A stretch of 64,000 bases of DNA from Lama glama (taxonomy: Eukaryota). The number at the start of each line of letters is the position of its first letter. The first letter of the stretch is position 1. Below the pieces are notes generated by a model. It was given only the letters and a program-made list of their open reading frames with translations, did no database searches and had not been told where the DNA came from. Below, one piece after another: positions 23,140 to 36,600 of this stretch. Location of the stretch: positions 34,410,001 to 34,474,000 of the forward strand of contig CM052827.1 of NCBI GenBank assembly GCA_028534125.1. The letters run 5' to 3'. The position numbers were made by a program, and so were the translations under genes.

Positions 23140-23355
23140 GCAGTATGATTTGGTGGTTAGAAGTATGGGCTTTGGAGTTAGAAAGACTTAGATTCAGTTC
23201 TTGGCTTTTATGAGATCTTGAGGTTCTTTGAGTCCTAGTTTGCTCGTCCCATGATAGGAATAATCATGCCTACTTTATGTGGTTGCAGAGAGGAGTGAGA
23301 ATGCATATAAAACACTTAGTTGGAACTCAGGAAATGGAAGCCACTGTTATTACTA
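23140..23355. mobile_element. MIR SINE (approximate limits)
   Basis: 'gtggttagaagtatgggctttggagttagaaagacttagattc...aataatcatgcctac...gagaatgcatataaaacacttag'. Confidence 0.7.
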
Positions 23356-24787
23356 ATGGCCGTTCTTCCCACAGTGCATCCCTTGTCAAAAGCCTGCTCC
23401 CTCTTCAAACTGAACCTTGTGTAGGAAGCTACCTAATGTAATGTAATTTCCTTGAGGTAATTTCTAATCATCAGGGAAAGCTCTGACAAAACTATGCTTC
23501 TACTCAGGGCAGTTGCAGTTGGCTATTCTCCTAGAAGTTATGTGGATTGCTGACTCATTGGAGGGTGGGTTTGCTGTATTCAGCAAACATTGTCCAGGTC
23601 TAATTGCCATTCCTGTGCTTGTTAGGTTGTATAAATGAGCTAGAGAAAGTGCAGCTTTCAGGAAACCTCTTTGCCTTTTACACTGAGCTAGAGCTGTGCC
23701 TCACTTGGAATGGAATATCCCTGAAGATGCTAGTGACTGTGAAATCTGAACTAGATACTGGGATTTTCTGTCACTCACAAGTTCATAGCTAAATGAGTGA
23801 GACTTTGGTTTGGCCTTCTGTTTTACTTTGTAAGTATGAGCATGTTGTGTGAGCAAATTTGATCCTCTTCAGTGCTTCCTAGCTGTCTGATGTGAATTGG
23901 TTATAGGTGTGTTTAAGTGTTGACTCAAGCTTTCTGATAGCTGAGAACAGCTGTCTCCATTGATCCCAGGATACACAGAAAAATTTGAGAACAGCCCTGG
24001 AAGAAGGGAAACAATTCTGCTTGTTGAGAGCTGGAGAAAGACTTACTTATTTGAACTTTCTTTCCTTCCAAGAATCTTACTCAGTGAGTATTAAGCTGAT
24101 TTGTGTTGGCTAGGTCATCACTGAGCTAATTCTTGGTACAACCCCCTGTTGCCATGGCGTCCCATGTGATGCTGAAGTAAAAAAGAATGTGCTGTTTTCA
24201 TTTGCTGGGGGCTAATTATCTCAGTTGGACCCCTTCCAGACTGCCAGCCTTGAAGTAGCCTCACTTAGCATCATAAGAGAAATGGATCAGGGGACTCTCG
24301 GTGTAGAACCATCTGGTCTGTTAAGTTCCTTGAGAACAGAGATTATAACTGCTTTCTTTTTGTCTGTCACAGCCCCTGGCAGAGTTCCTGGCCCACAACA
24401 GGAGCTCAGTAAATTTATTTGTGGGTTGTACTTTGGGATTTTGGAAGGAGAACTTCAGGTACATTGCCAGAGTCTGTATTTCTGATTATGGAATGGGCTG
24501 TAGGTGGGATGTCTCAGATGGAGTTGGGATCAGGATAAAATGATGAGGACACAACAAACTTTTGAACTTCTCTCCCTCTCTCAGCTCTAAGGCAGAAGTC
24601 TGTGCTTACCAAATATTACCATGTAGAGCAGTGGTGCATAGTTGGAGCTCTTGAGAAGTAAGGTCTTGAGCTACTATATTCCAAAAAGAAGTCATAACAA
24701 TTTTTATTACAAAATAATATTATAAGTTAAAACATTACAGAAGTGAATAGTGCACCATGTCTTTAGACACAAACACTAATCATTTTT

Positions 24788-25343
24788 TTAATTGAAGTAT
24801 AGTTGATTTACAATGTTGTGTACAGCAAAATGATTCCGTTATACATATGTACATTCTTTTTCATATTCCTTTCCATTATGGTTTATTATACGATACTGAA
24901 TATAGTTCCCAGTGCTATACAGTGGGACCTTGTTGTTTATCTGTTTTATATGTAGTAGTTTGTATCTGCTAATCCCAGACTCCTAATGTATCCCTCCCCC
25001 AGCCCCCTTTCCCTTTGGTAACCATAAGTTTGTCTTCTATGTCTGTGAGTCTGTTTTGTAAATAAATTCATTTGTATCATATTTTAGATCCCATATATAA
25101 GTGGTATTGTATGATATTTGTCTTTCTCTGAGTTACTTCATTTAGTATAATCTCTAGGTCCATCTATGTTGCTGCAAATGATATTTCATTCTTTTTTATG
25201 GCTGAGTATTCTCTTGTATATATGATTGTATATATACCACATCTTTATCCATTCATCTGTCGATGGACACTTTGGTTGCTTTCATGTCTTGGCTGTTGTA
25301 AATAGTGCTGCTGTAATCATTGAGATGCAGGTATCTTTTCAAA
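24788..25343 (-). mobile_element. 5'-truncated L1 3' end (artiodactyl-type) with a target-site duplication, nested in older L1M-like sequence (~24690-26030)
   Basis: Antisense L1 3' end text (aattgaagtatagttgatttacaatgttgtg...atccattcatctgtcgatggacac). Flanking direct repeats acaaacactaatcattttt (24769-24787) and acaaacattaatcattttt (25350-25368). Confidence 0.85.
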
Positions 25344-28300
25344 TTAGAGACAAACATTAATCATTTTTAATAACTTGGTGTATATTCCTAAAATTTGGTG
25401 TAATAATTGGTGTGTATTCCTCTAGATTTTTTCTTATTGCATGTACTAGTCTATACATTTCTATACTATATATATTTTTAACTTCAAAAATGAAATATGT
25501 GGTGATGATTTAAAAATACAGCAGTGGCACAGAAGTGTGTAAAATGAGAAGTGAAAGTCCCCCTTCCTTCCTTCCTTCCACCTGTTCCCTCCACATTCCC
25601 ACACTGTAGAGGTAGTTACTGTCAACAATTTCTCTTCTACCTTACCAGGATATTTTTCTTCCATATATATGTCTATACCTTTTTTTAATCCCTCATTGGA
25701 CATATGCTTCACATACTATTTTAAAATACTTGCTACATCAGAAACATGGATCCCAGGACAAAGCTACTCAATAAACTTGACTGATACTTTTCTTTGTCAG
25801 TATATATGGATTTACCTCATTCATTTCAATAGCTGTAGAGCATTCCATTACATGAATATACCATAGTTTATTCAATTATTTCCTTACTGATGGATATTTG
25901 GATTGTTTCCACTTTCTTTTTATTATTATAAAGAATGTTTTCATGAACTTGCGTGTACAGATATATCTTTGCATACTTGTGGAAGTGGTTTTGTAGAATT
26001 ATTTCTGAAAATGAAATCGCTTTGTCTCATGTCAGTTTCCCTATTTCAGAAAGCAAAATCCCGCTGTTCCCCCTAAGGTTGCAGAGGTCCTTGTTTGAGG
26101 GTTTTGTCTAAAATGACAGACTTCTTTGCCCGTTTTCCTTACTTGCATTAGGTTGGTTAGAAGTGCTATTTTGCAGTTAATTATTTCTGGGATTCCTGAG
26201 CAATTACTGCCTACTTCATTTTGAAAGACAGTCTTTCAAAACACGGGAGCAGAATATAGAGGTCTTTGAAAACTAAAGGTTGTAAAGCTTTGCCGTAGAG
26301 AACAATCTTAGGAGGTGTTATTGGAGAGAGCCGAGTGCCTACTGGCACCCTGCCTGGCGACATCCACAGACTTCTGTGGCCAGGAAATTGTTTCAGGATC
26401 CATCCTGTGCCCTCTTTCCTGGGCCCCTGGCCTCCCTGCAGATGGATCTGGCAGCTTGTGGACAGACTTGCTTTGGAGTTCCGATAACAATGTGTAATGC
26501 CCAAAAGGCCCAAGAGCTCCAGCTTCCTTTGTGTTGCTCCGATTTAACCCCCAGCCTGGCCTCTTCCTGCCACTTGAAAATTTCTGAGGTTCTGGGATTG
26601 TTGCCCTGCAGCAAAAAAGAAATTCAAGAGCTAGCCAGACCACCTTTCATTCATTGTTAACAAACATTGAATGACTGCTCTGAGCTCAGCATTTTGCCGG
26701 GAGCTAGAGAGATCTAGAAACTTGAGAAGTGGCCCCTTCCCTCAAGAGGCTGACCGCTCTGGTGATCAAAAGCAGTCTAGATTATAGTAGTGAGCAGCGT
26801 GACCCGGACTGTGCTTGGAATGGAGGTTTCAGAAGACATGCCCTTCAGAAAAGATCCTCAGTAAAGTTTCATTAATTCACCAACTAAGTGTATGAGGAAG
26901 GATTGAGGCCTTTATCTGGTGAGGCTGAATTCTGCCAGGCTCCAGGCACTTCTGGAGCTCTGAATGGAGAACCAGGAGATTTGGGTTTGTGCTTGGCCAT
27001 CACTATCCGAGTGTCTTTGAACAAGTTTCTACCTTTTTGGCCTGTTGTTTCTACAGAATGTTAGGACAGAAGTGCTGAGTGCTCACACCCCGCTGCTGCA
27101 CTCTGTCTACCACATTTACCTTCTTTGAGGAGTGCTTTGGATCAGACTAGGAGTTGAGGGTGTGGAGGCTGACTCTAGAGAGCTCAGTACTTTCTGTAAG
27201 ATGCGGCAGAATTGGTGTGGTGAAATGGAATGGTGATTTGTCATAGCTGGCATAGCGTGACCCTCCTAGGAGGTCTCTTCCTGAGGCTTCCTCATTCATC
27301 CTCACCTACCCATACACCCACCCTGGTCACTCTGCTGGGACACACCCAGGAGAGCTGATGACAGGAAAACACGTTTCCTTTCTTCCCAGAAGGAGTTTTG
27401 CCAGCTGCCTCCCTTGTCTCTATGTTTGCTTTTTTACCTAACTGATGTGGAAAGAGATTTAACTGATATAATGGGAGTGTGGAGCAGCTATGATCACCTG
27501 GAGTTATCAGTTGTCTCTCCCTACCCCCCACCCCCCATCCCAAGCTGGCACCCTCTCTCCTCCACTCTCGGTCTGTAGTTGGGAAGGTGGAGTACCAGCT
27601 TCAGCCTGTCTTTGAAGAGTTTCTAACTGAAACAAATGTAAGAGAAACTGTGTCCCAGGTCAGAGAAGGGTAATCCTTGGTTCTCTTACTGCTGACTTGA
27701 GAACCTTGCTCAGGCTTTGTTTAAAGTGAGAGCTCAGGCCTTTTCTTTGTAAACCTTAGTTTTTCTCATCAGGACCAGACTAGGTATGCACATTGAAAGA
27801 AAAAGAGCCATTGAGTATACCTGGAGACATTTATTTTGTGGATCTAGGGTTCTGCCTTCTCACCAGGAAGAAGTGACATCTGAGTAGCTGTGCTGGGTCA
27901 CCCATGCAATTTGTCTTCTCTTTGAATCGTAGGCATTGCTTACAGTGTGGTCTTAGGGATCAGGGCCTTTGTTCTGCCTCAGGAAACCTGGCCCAAGAGC
28001 TGTATTTTTCCTGGGCTGCAGCCTTTTACCATATTGAGTGTTGTATTTTCCCTGAAAGAAGAGATGAGTCTGCAGAATTCCAAAGTCCACAGTTCTAATC
28101 TTTGGCCTCTGTGAAAAGGAACCTTGTTTCTAAATGCCGTTGTTTAAACATGATTTCCTAAGCTGCTGTGTGGGATCTCCTGAGCATTTGGGTGAGAACT
28201 GCGGCAAGTTCTGAAGAGCCTTGTGTTAGTGGAGGAATCTTTTCTTCTCATATAAAGAAAGATAAACCTCATCCTGCTGAGAGTCATGTTTACATACTGA

Positions 28301-28869
28301 TTAAAACCTAAGCCGTTAATCTTTGATCTTTTTATCTGATGGATTGGTAATCAAGGTCTTGTGTATGTTTCAGAGGTGAGCTTATTCCTTGGAAGAGTTG
28401 GCCACATTGGTCAGTTATTACCATCTTGAATTCAGGCTGTTGACTCCCTGGAATCTGAGGGTCTCTGTGTGGGTTCTCTGTGACCCTCAAGATGCCCTAG
28501 CAAAACCTCTTTGGGTCTCCCTCTGCTGCCTTTCATGGGATCTTTTGCTGGCTTTGCAAGGGGGTGGGGGTAGGAGTTGGTGTTGGTGTTGTCCCTTGGC
28601 CCCAAGTACCACCCTTGGGCAGCCATGGAATCTCTGACCAGCTCTTCTCAACCATTAGATTCTACAGTCGGCCACCCCACCACAATGCATCCAGAACTTA
28701 ACTTTCCCCATTGTTTACCAAACCTGTCCCTCCTGCTGCACTACTGACCCTCTGCCCAGGAACTTGAGCAAGGGACTGGAGTGCCGCTTTCTCCTCCCTT
28801 TCACCCCTTAGGTCATGCCTCCATTCCCTGGCAGTACATTCCCCAGCTGACCTCTCTTCATTCCCCCCT

Positions 28870-29450
28870 CCTCACTCACCCTGTCAGTTTTTGACCCTCA
28901 GCCTTGTACTTCTTTCTAAACACAGAATTGCCTCTCCTTATAAACCCTTTGGTAGCTTCCTGTCACTTCCTAGGAAGGTCCTGACTCCTCACCGTAACTT
29001 TGTGCTGCTCTCCACAACCTAGTTCCTACTGACTTTCCAACACTTCAGCCCCCAGTCCTGTCTTCGTATTGCCAAACTGCCCATTTGCAGGCACAGGGTG
29101 CTCCTCTGGGCCTTTGAGTGTGTTATTGTCTCTGCCTGAAATGCCATTCCACTTTTCCCCATCCGCTTATTCTTACTTCAAACTCAGCGTGGGAGTCCCC
29201 TCCTCCAGGAAGCTTTCCGTAATCCCTGCATCATTTTACACATTTACTCTTATTTTCTCAAGCCTAACACTTACCTTGCTATATTGCAATTACCTGTTTT
29301 TATGCTTTGCTCATCATTTAGATTATGAGTTTATTGACCATGTTTTGCCTGTTTTTTTGTGTATGTGTATGTTAAAACATAACCAGTACTGGATGTCTTA
29401 TTCATTCCTGTATCCCTAGTAGATGTTCAGTAAACGTTTGATCTGAATTA
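28870..29450. mobile_element. Degenerate L2 LINE fragment (approximate limits)
   Basis: L2-like 3' motifs (tctgcctgaaatgcc...cctcctccaggaagctttcc...gtagatgttcagtaaacgtttg). Confidence 0.5.
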
Positions 29451-30663
29451 CTTATTTTATCCCCATTTCTGTATGTCATAATAGGAAATTCTCAGCTCTC
29501 TTCTTTCACCCTTCGGGCCCTCAGATAGAGTTAGAGAAGGGCATCCTAGATAGAAATGACCTCTGGAAAGCAGTACTTCATCATGTCACCTTGTCCAGGG
29601 CTCCACCAGCCACAAGGTATTAATAGTCAGAACATCTTTGGGAAACAAATGGGGAAGGCCCCTGGATCCTCATCCCGAAGAAGCAGCATACCCCAATCCA
29701 CAGCATGAGTCTCATTTGGGTGAAGCTGCTTGTGTCCTTTCTGTGCTCAAGGCTCCCTCTGCCTCTTAAGTGAAGCCCAGGTTAGTTTGGTGGCTACCTG
29801 GTGGCAGCGTGCTAAGGCTTGTGGTCCCAAGTTCACTGGGATTGATTTTAGCCATTCTGGGATTTGTGTGGCATTTTAGTTATCTATGTGGTAAACTGGG
29901 TAAGTGGGAGACCCTGGAAAAGGGTGTTAAACTGCCAGGGTGAAGATGATGCCTTAGCAAAGTTAATGGGAGCCATCCAGAAAGAGTGAGGTTAGGGCAA
30001 AGACCCAGGGCAGTGTGTAGTGGTGATGGTTGTTGCAGGGGGAGCATCAACCCCTGCAGGAGGCCTAGAGGGCCAGGAAGATATCCATGAGCGGGGAAAC
30101 CTTGGAGAAGTGGCCTTCTGAGCCTTGGTGGGTGATAGTGTTGGAAATGCGCCTCTAACACTCCACACCTCCATTTCAGAAAAGATGAGTTAGAGTAATA
30201 AGAGGAATGATTTTAACCTTTAAAAAATACAGGACTTCAACTAGGATAAGGGACCCTGGCAGAGTAGGGAGGAGGGTGGGGATAGTGACAGCTGAGCATG
30301 GTGCATGTTCCTGCCCCTCTTCGGAGTTGAAGAGTAGCATGAAAGTCAGATCCAGGGAGACATGAATCAAAAGCCTGGAGCTCAGACCCAGTCTTTCATC
30401 TAGATCCTCCATGGTACCTGGACCCTAAGCCCTCAGAGGGGAAAGCCATTCTCCCTTACAGGGAACTATGTTAGAGGCAGGTCTTCAGGCTAGGTTTATC
30501 TAGGGGTAAGGGGTTGGGGTTGAGGAGGGTGGCTGGTATCCCTTCAGAAGTGTCCCTGGCATTGCTGAGTTGTCCTTTCTTCTGTCTGTATAGGTGTAGA
30601 TGGGGCACTGCCTGCAGAGCAGGTCCTGCCAGCCTCACTAGGAAGGATGCCTCCGTGTCCGTG

Positions 30664-33600
30664 ATGGGCTGTGGGACAAGCAAGGTCCTTCCTGAGCCGC
30701 CCAAGGATGTCCAGCTGGACCTGGTCAAGAAGGTGGAGCCCTTCAGTGGCACTAAGAGCGATGTATACAAGCACTTCATCACAGAGGTGGACAGTGTTGG
30801 CCCCCTCAAAGCTGGTTTCCCAGCAGCCAGTCAGTGTGCAAATCCATTCCCTAGTGTGCCCCCTACTGGCCACACAGAACCTCCCTCAGAACCACCACGC
30901 AGGGCTAGGGTAGCTAAGTACAGGGCCAAGTTTGACCCACGTGTGACAGCCAAGTATGACATCAAAGCCCTGATTGGCCGAGGCAGCTTCAGCCGAGTGG
31001 TACGTGTAGAGCACCGGGCAACCCGGCAGCCATATGCCATTAAGATGATTGAGACTAAGTACCGGGAGGGACGGGAGGTCTGTGAATCAGAGCTGCGTGT
31101 GCTGCGCCGGGTGCGCCACGCCAACATCATCCAGCTGGTGGAGGTGTTTGAGACACAGGAGCGCGTGTACATGGTGATGGAGTTGGCCACTGGTGGAGAG
31201 CTCTTTGACCGCATCATCGCCAAGGGTTCTTTCACTGAGCGTGATGCCACGCGGGTACTGCAGATGGTACTGGATGGCGTCCGATATCTGCATGCACTGG
31301 GCATCACACACCGAGACCTCAAGCCTGAGAATCTGCTCTACTACCACCCAGGCACTGACTCCAAGATCATCATCACCGACTTTGGTCTGGCCAGTGCCCG
31401 CAAGAAGGGTGATGACTGCCTGATGAAGACCACCTGTGGCACACCTGAGTACATTGCCCCTGAGGTCCTGGTCCGCAAGCCCTACACCAACTCAGTTGAC
31501 ATGTGGGCCCTGGGTGTTATTGCCTACATCCTGCTCAGTGGCACCATGCCCTTTGAGGATGACAACCGCACCCGGCTGTACCGGCAGATCCTCAGGGGCA
31601 AGTACAGTTACTCGGGGGAGGTGAGTCTGCCCGTCCCAGGATGCTGAGAGGCCCCTGTGTGTGTGTGTGGTGTGGGGGGTTCTATCCTGCAGCCTTCAAT
31701 CAGGGGGATGTGCTCTGAAGGCCATGTTCTTGGGACCAGGCAGATAATGTAAAAATGATGAAGTGAGACTAGTAGAGTATCTTAGTTTGGGTTCTCTCAA
31801 AAGTGAAGCCTGAGACAAGGACTCGGGACTAGATAGTTTAATTATGATTCCAGTAAGCATAAGTGAAGAGTGGGGAAAGTGAGACAGAAAAGGAGAAAGA
31901 CAATAAGGGGTATAAGAAGGAGTGGACTGCCACTGTGGGCCACTGGAACTCAGTCCCACTGGGGACCCTGTGAATAATCATGTGAAACATACCTCAGAAT
32001 CATACCACTGAGAGGCAGGAAAGTGGGTGGGCTTAATCTGGCTCTGGTATGAGTTGAGAATTTCTTTGAGGTGAGCGGGGTCATTAAATCCCTGGCACTT
32101 TTGGGCTGTGCTGAATGCCACCTAGTGCTGGAGAAAGTCCTCAGGCAAAGAGGCAGAGAGATGCAGCAGTGTGAAGCTGTCTGCTCGCACAGGAGCACTA
32201 CAACTGCAGGCGAGCTCAGAGGTGGGCTGAGAGGAAGTGGGGACAGGGAGCCCACAACATCTCCTCATGAGTGCTAGGGCAGGCTAGTGACGATGCCCTG
32301 TCTAAAGGAACAGTTGCTTCTCATCTCTGCCCAGTTTTGACACAGCAGAGAGGACTCCATGCACCCAGACATTCCAGTTTTTTAAAAAGAAGCCAGAAAA
32401 TCTGATACTAAAATATTGGAATATAATTCACATACTTAAGCAATATCTTGTACTTAACCCAACAAAATGCTTACCTGCGGGCCTAATTCAACCGGCAGGC
32501 CATCAGTTTGTGTCTTTGGATCCATTGATAGCCCTGATGCCTGAAAAGATCTGTTAGGTTTCAGCACTGCTGGGAGCCAAAGGAAGGTACAGAAAAAGTA
32601 AGAACTGGTTGGTTCTTAGCCAGGATGCTGACTGGGTTGGAGATGAGGCTAACTACAGAAATGGTAAGCACTGCAAGCTGGAATATAGTGGTGTGCTTGG
32701 GGAGGTTGTGAAGAAAGAATGGGTGACAGCTTTATGTGGGAGGTGAGGTGAGCTTTGCAGGATGACAGGATTCTGCCAAGACAGCAAGGGCCCCTCCCCA
32801 AGTGCCCCCTGCAGAGTGCTCCCCACAGTGTTCCTCTCAGGCCTGCTGTCCTTGCCTCCTGAACAGCCCATGCAGAGGAGAAGGAGCTTTGGGACTAGCT
32901 TACTTCTGCAACCCAGCTTTCCTCCCAGGGATTTTTGGGCTGGGCCCTCCCTGGCCTCAGCCAACTGGTCCAGAGCAGTGTTTCCTACAGCAAAGTCTCA
33001 TGAAGGCAAAGTACCTTTAGTGCTTGAGATCCTGTGCACCATCATCCTCCCTGTCAGTTTCAGGGCATGGTTATGTGGTCAGCCAAGGACTTCCCTCCCG
33101 TGGGGAAGGGGGCTGGCATCATGTGCCAGGTCATGCGCCTCAGGATGGTGTGAAGAAGGGAGGAAGCCTTCCTCTCCAGGCCAGCTCTGTGCTGAGACTA
33201 CAGGTGAAGGAGAACCTGGGACATTCTCCAGCTCTCCCCTAAAGGTTTTTATGTTTTCTTCCTTGCTCCAAATGGGATTCAATAAAACAAACACTGACTG
33301 GCTTAGATACCTGGGCTGTAATGGGATGGTCACAGAGGACACTGTCCTTCTCACCCTCTGGGCTGGGTTTCATCATGGTCAGAATTCACCTCACAGGCAG
33401 TTTTGTGCCAGGGCCCTGTGTGACTTGCCCTTGGAGCTATGTGTGGTGTAGCTTAGCTGTGGGAGGGAGGGAGGGAGGGAAGTTTCCCAAGAGATGCTGA
33501 CAAAGGAAGACTCTTTCCAAAAGTCTGTAGATTGGCTCACGAGTTCCCGATTCTGGCAATTGTTGATGAGGCAGTTTATCTAATTGGAACTTGTAGAGTC

Positions 33601-36600
33601 TTGCTAACTGGTTATTGATTATCTGAGGGTGAGAGAAAGACAAATGAATGGGATAGGGAATGGACTCAGGCTTCTTGCTCCTATTGTGGCCACAGACTGG
33701 GTCCTGAGATTCTGCTTCCTCCTCTGCTAGAATCATGTGGCATGAGTCTGGGGCTCCCAGTGTAGGGGATGGGCACTGCCCAGCCCAGCGTTTGGAGCCC
33801 ACTACCCTTCACTTGAAGTTGAAAACCTCAGTTCCCAGTCCCAGAGTCAAATCCCTGACCAGCACTGACGGCACCTGTCTGTTACCAGGAGCTTGGTTGA
33901 CCCCAAGAGCAGATTCTACCACCATCTGCAGAGAGCTCTGATTGGGAAGAGTTTATTTGGGGTGTTTCCTGGGTGAGGAGATATCATCATTAAATCAGGC
34001 TCTTTGAGCTGGAGACCAGGTGTCTGTCTTTCTGTTTTGCTGGTCATTGTCTACCTGTAAGTGCACCTGAGGAAATGCAGAGAGACATGAAGGCCTATTC
34101 CCAATCCCCATGAAACTTGAGATTGTCTGGGAGAAAGGACTAGGAATAGAAAATGGCCACAGAATGAACCCTTGTTGGCAGGCACATGCCAGCTCAGGCC
34201 TGGGTGATCTGGAACATGGGCCATGGGGCTTGGGGCAGGTGGCTGGACTGGCCCCCCTTCTTAGGGTTGGGCTCTGTCCCTCCCTCATCCAGCAATCTGT
34301 CTTCTACTGTGTGATGGTCATTTACCCTTATGAAAGCCATCTAAGTGAGCAAGGCCCTGCCAGAAAACCTATCTGAGAGCATGCTGGATTGCGGGGGCTG
34401 TTTCTGTCTAGTTTCTTGCGCAAAGTTTGTGCCAGCTTTGAGCTCATCAAGGTTTGGAGGTATGCATTCTTTACCAATAGTAAGTCCTCTGGCACTCAGT
34501 GCCTTTCTCATAGGCACCTTGCCCGCTTATAGTGGTGTCTCATATACACCAGGCCCTATCCAGCGTGCTTATTTCTCAAGGGTTCTGTCCATGTAGCCTT
34601 CTATGATTTCTGTGGACTTGAATGGAAGGCTTCCTGGAGGGGGTGGGCTTTGAGAAGGAGAAGGCTCAGAGAAGGCAACATCGCTAACTGTGCTCCAGAA
34701 TAAACAGATTGTTTGGGAGTAATGGAACAGAGGTTAATGAGGTTGGACCAGGCCTGGTGTTTGCTTCTGGGAGCTCTGTGGTGCCAGGGATTATTTGGGA
34801 AATCAAAGCATTAGGTGGGAGGGAGCCCTCTGGGTTCTTGATAGTGAAGGGGAAATGTAGCAGGAACTGTTGCGGAAGACTAGCGGGGGAAGGCTAACTG
34901 GGGGCTGTTGGAGTAATCCAATTTTAGGATGGAGGAGCCTGGTATCCTGGGGATGTTTGGGGCAGATGGGGAATTCCAGAGACTGAGCTCCACATGGTAC
35001 ATGTGAGCCACAGCTGAGGGAGAGACAGGGTGGGGCACAGAACGCTCTTGCAGCTCTGCAGGAGGAGCATCAGCTTATGAGGCAGATTGGGAGAGGACTT
35101 CAGGCTGCCCTCTGACCCAGAGAGTGTGTACGTCCTGCCTGATGTCCCTGCATGGGGACCAGCGGTGGAGGGAAGCACAGAAGTGGGCCCTCCTTCAGCA
35201 CCTGCCCTATAAGCACAACGTTCTAGATACTCTAACCCCTAGCTCTGGCCCCACACTCCACCCCATTCCCTACATACTGTAGGCCTGAGATGTTTGCTCC
35301 TTTCACTCCCCACTCTATGCTTTTGCTCAGGCTTTTCCCTCTGTTCCCAATGTCAGCCTTAGAAATTTGACCAGCTCTAAACCATCCAATTCAGTATTGC
35401 TTCCATTAAACATAATGCCAACCACTGCCATTGTGTAGTTCTACTGAGTACCAGGCACAGGTCTGAGGGTTCTACATCCAACATGTCTAATCTCTACAAT
35501 AATCTTCCCAGTGGGTGTAATCCCCCCATTTTACAGATGAGTAAACTGAGGCCAGTGAGGTTAAGTAACTTGTCCAGGGTCTCATAGAGAGGGAGGCAGG
35601 CCTGGGATTTGAATTCAGGCCATCTTGGCTTCAGAGTTCTTGGCCTTTCCATCCCCACAGTCTACTTTCCCTGACACACATTCCTCACTGTGTTGCTGGG
35701 GTCTGTTTCAGCACTTTGCCAGGCTATTGTCTGTGGACATAACTCTCCTCCCCAGCCTGTAAGTTCCTTGAGGACAGCATGTGTATCAATACATATACTC
35801 CCAGTACTTTCTCCTCCTTTTCCTAATTGAAGCACCAGTGGTTATTGGTGATGCCCTGGGAAGGACCCAGAAGTGAATAGCTGTCAAGCAGACAGGGCTG
35901 CTCCTGCTGGCTGGGAATGTTCTCTTCTGGGAGCTGGACTCCAAGAAGTGGGACGCCTGCTAGAGATGTACTTAGGGGCTGCTGGCCAGGCCTAGTTAGA
36001 AGGAAATGCAGGAATCTTGGAAGAGAAGAGAGTGCTGGAAAGGAGAAGGCTGTGACAAATGATTTTGAGAGGAGAAATCTGAAATTTTACCCAGTGACCA
36101 GAGGTGCTGGAGGGGAGAGAGCCAAGCTAGGGTCGTATTGGAAGTGATGGGGAGACACATGTTGGCCAGATGTGAGGAAGGCCTGTGTGAGTGTGAGAAC
36201 AATTTGTAGACACAGAGTCATCTTGAAAGAGGGCGCTTCCTGTCATAGGAGGCCCTGGGAGGTCTAGAGCAGCTGCTTCTAGAGGAATGACACAGGAGGT
36301 GAGTCACCATCTTTGTACCCTACTAGAGGACTGTTATGGTCCCATCAACTTGGAAATTCTGTGATTCACTTGACATGAAATGTGACGTTGTGGGCCTAAT
36401 GTCATTGCTTTTGTCAAGAGTTCTATTCCTAGAGGCAGGATGGATGAAGGGGCCCTTGTGGGATTGATGACAGAGTGATGCCATCAGTAGCTTTGCTGTC
36501 TGCCACGTTTAGCAATCTTTAATTGTCACCCTCCTCTGCTTGAGTAGTCTCTGAGCTGTGGGCGAGCCCAGGTGACTGTACCAGGAACAAGTGGGCTTGG

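Noticed and set aside
30514-30663. 50-aa N-terminal extension of PSKH1 in the ORF track
   Set aside because: It starts at a TTG inside intron 1, upstream of the acceptor at 30593/4. The true start is MGCGTSK, whose Gly2/Cys3 acylation needs a free N-terminus.
32762-33451. 229-aa ATG ORF in PSKH1 intron 2
   Set aside because: No recognisable domain or supporting exon structure; plausible by chance. PhyloCSF or Ribo-seq would be needed to revive it.
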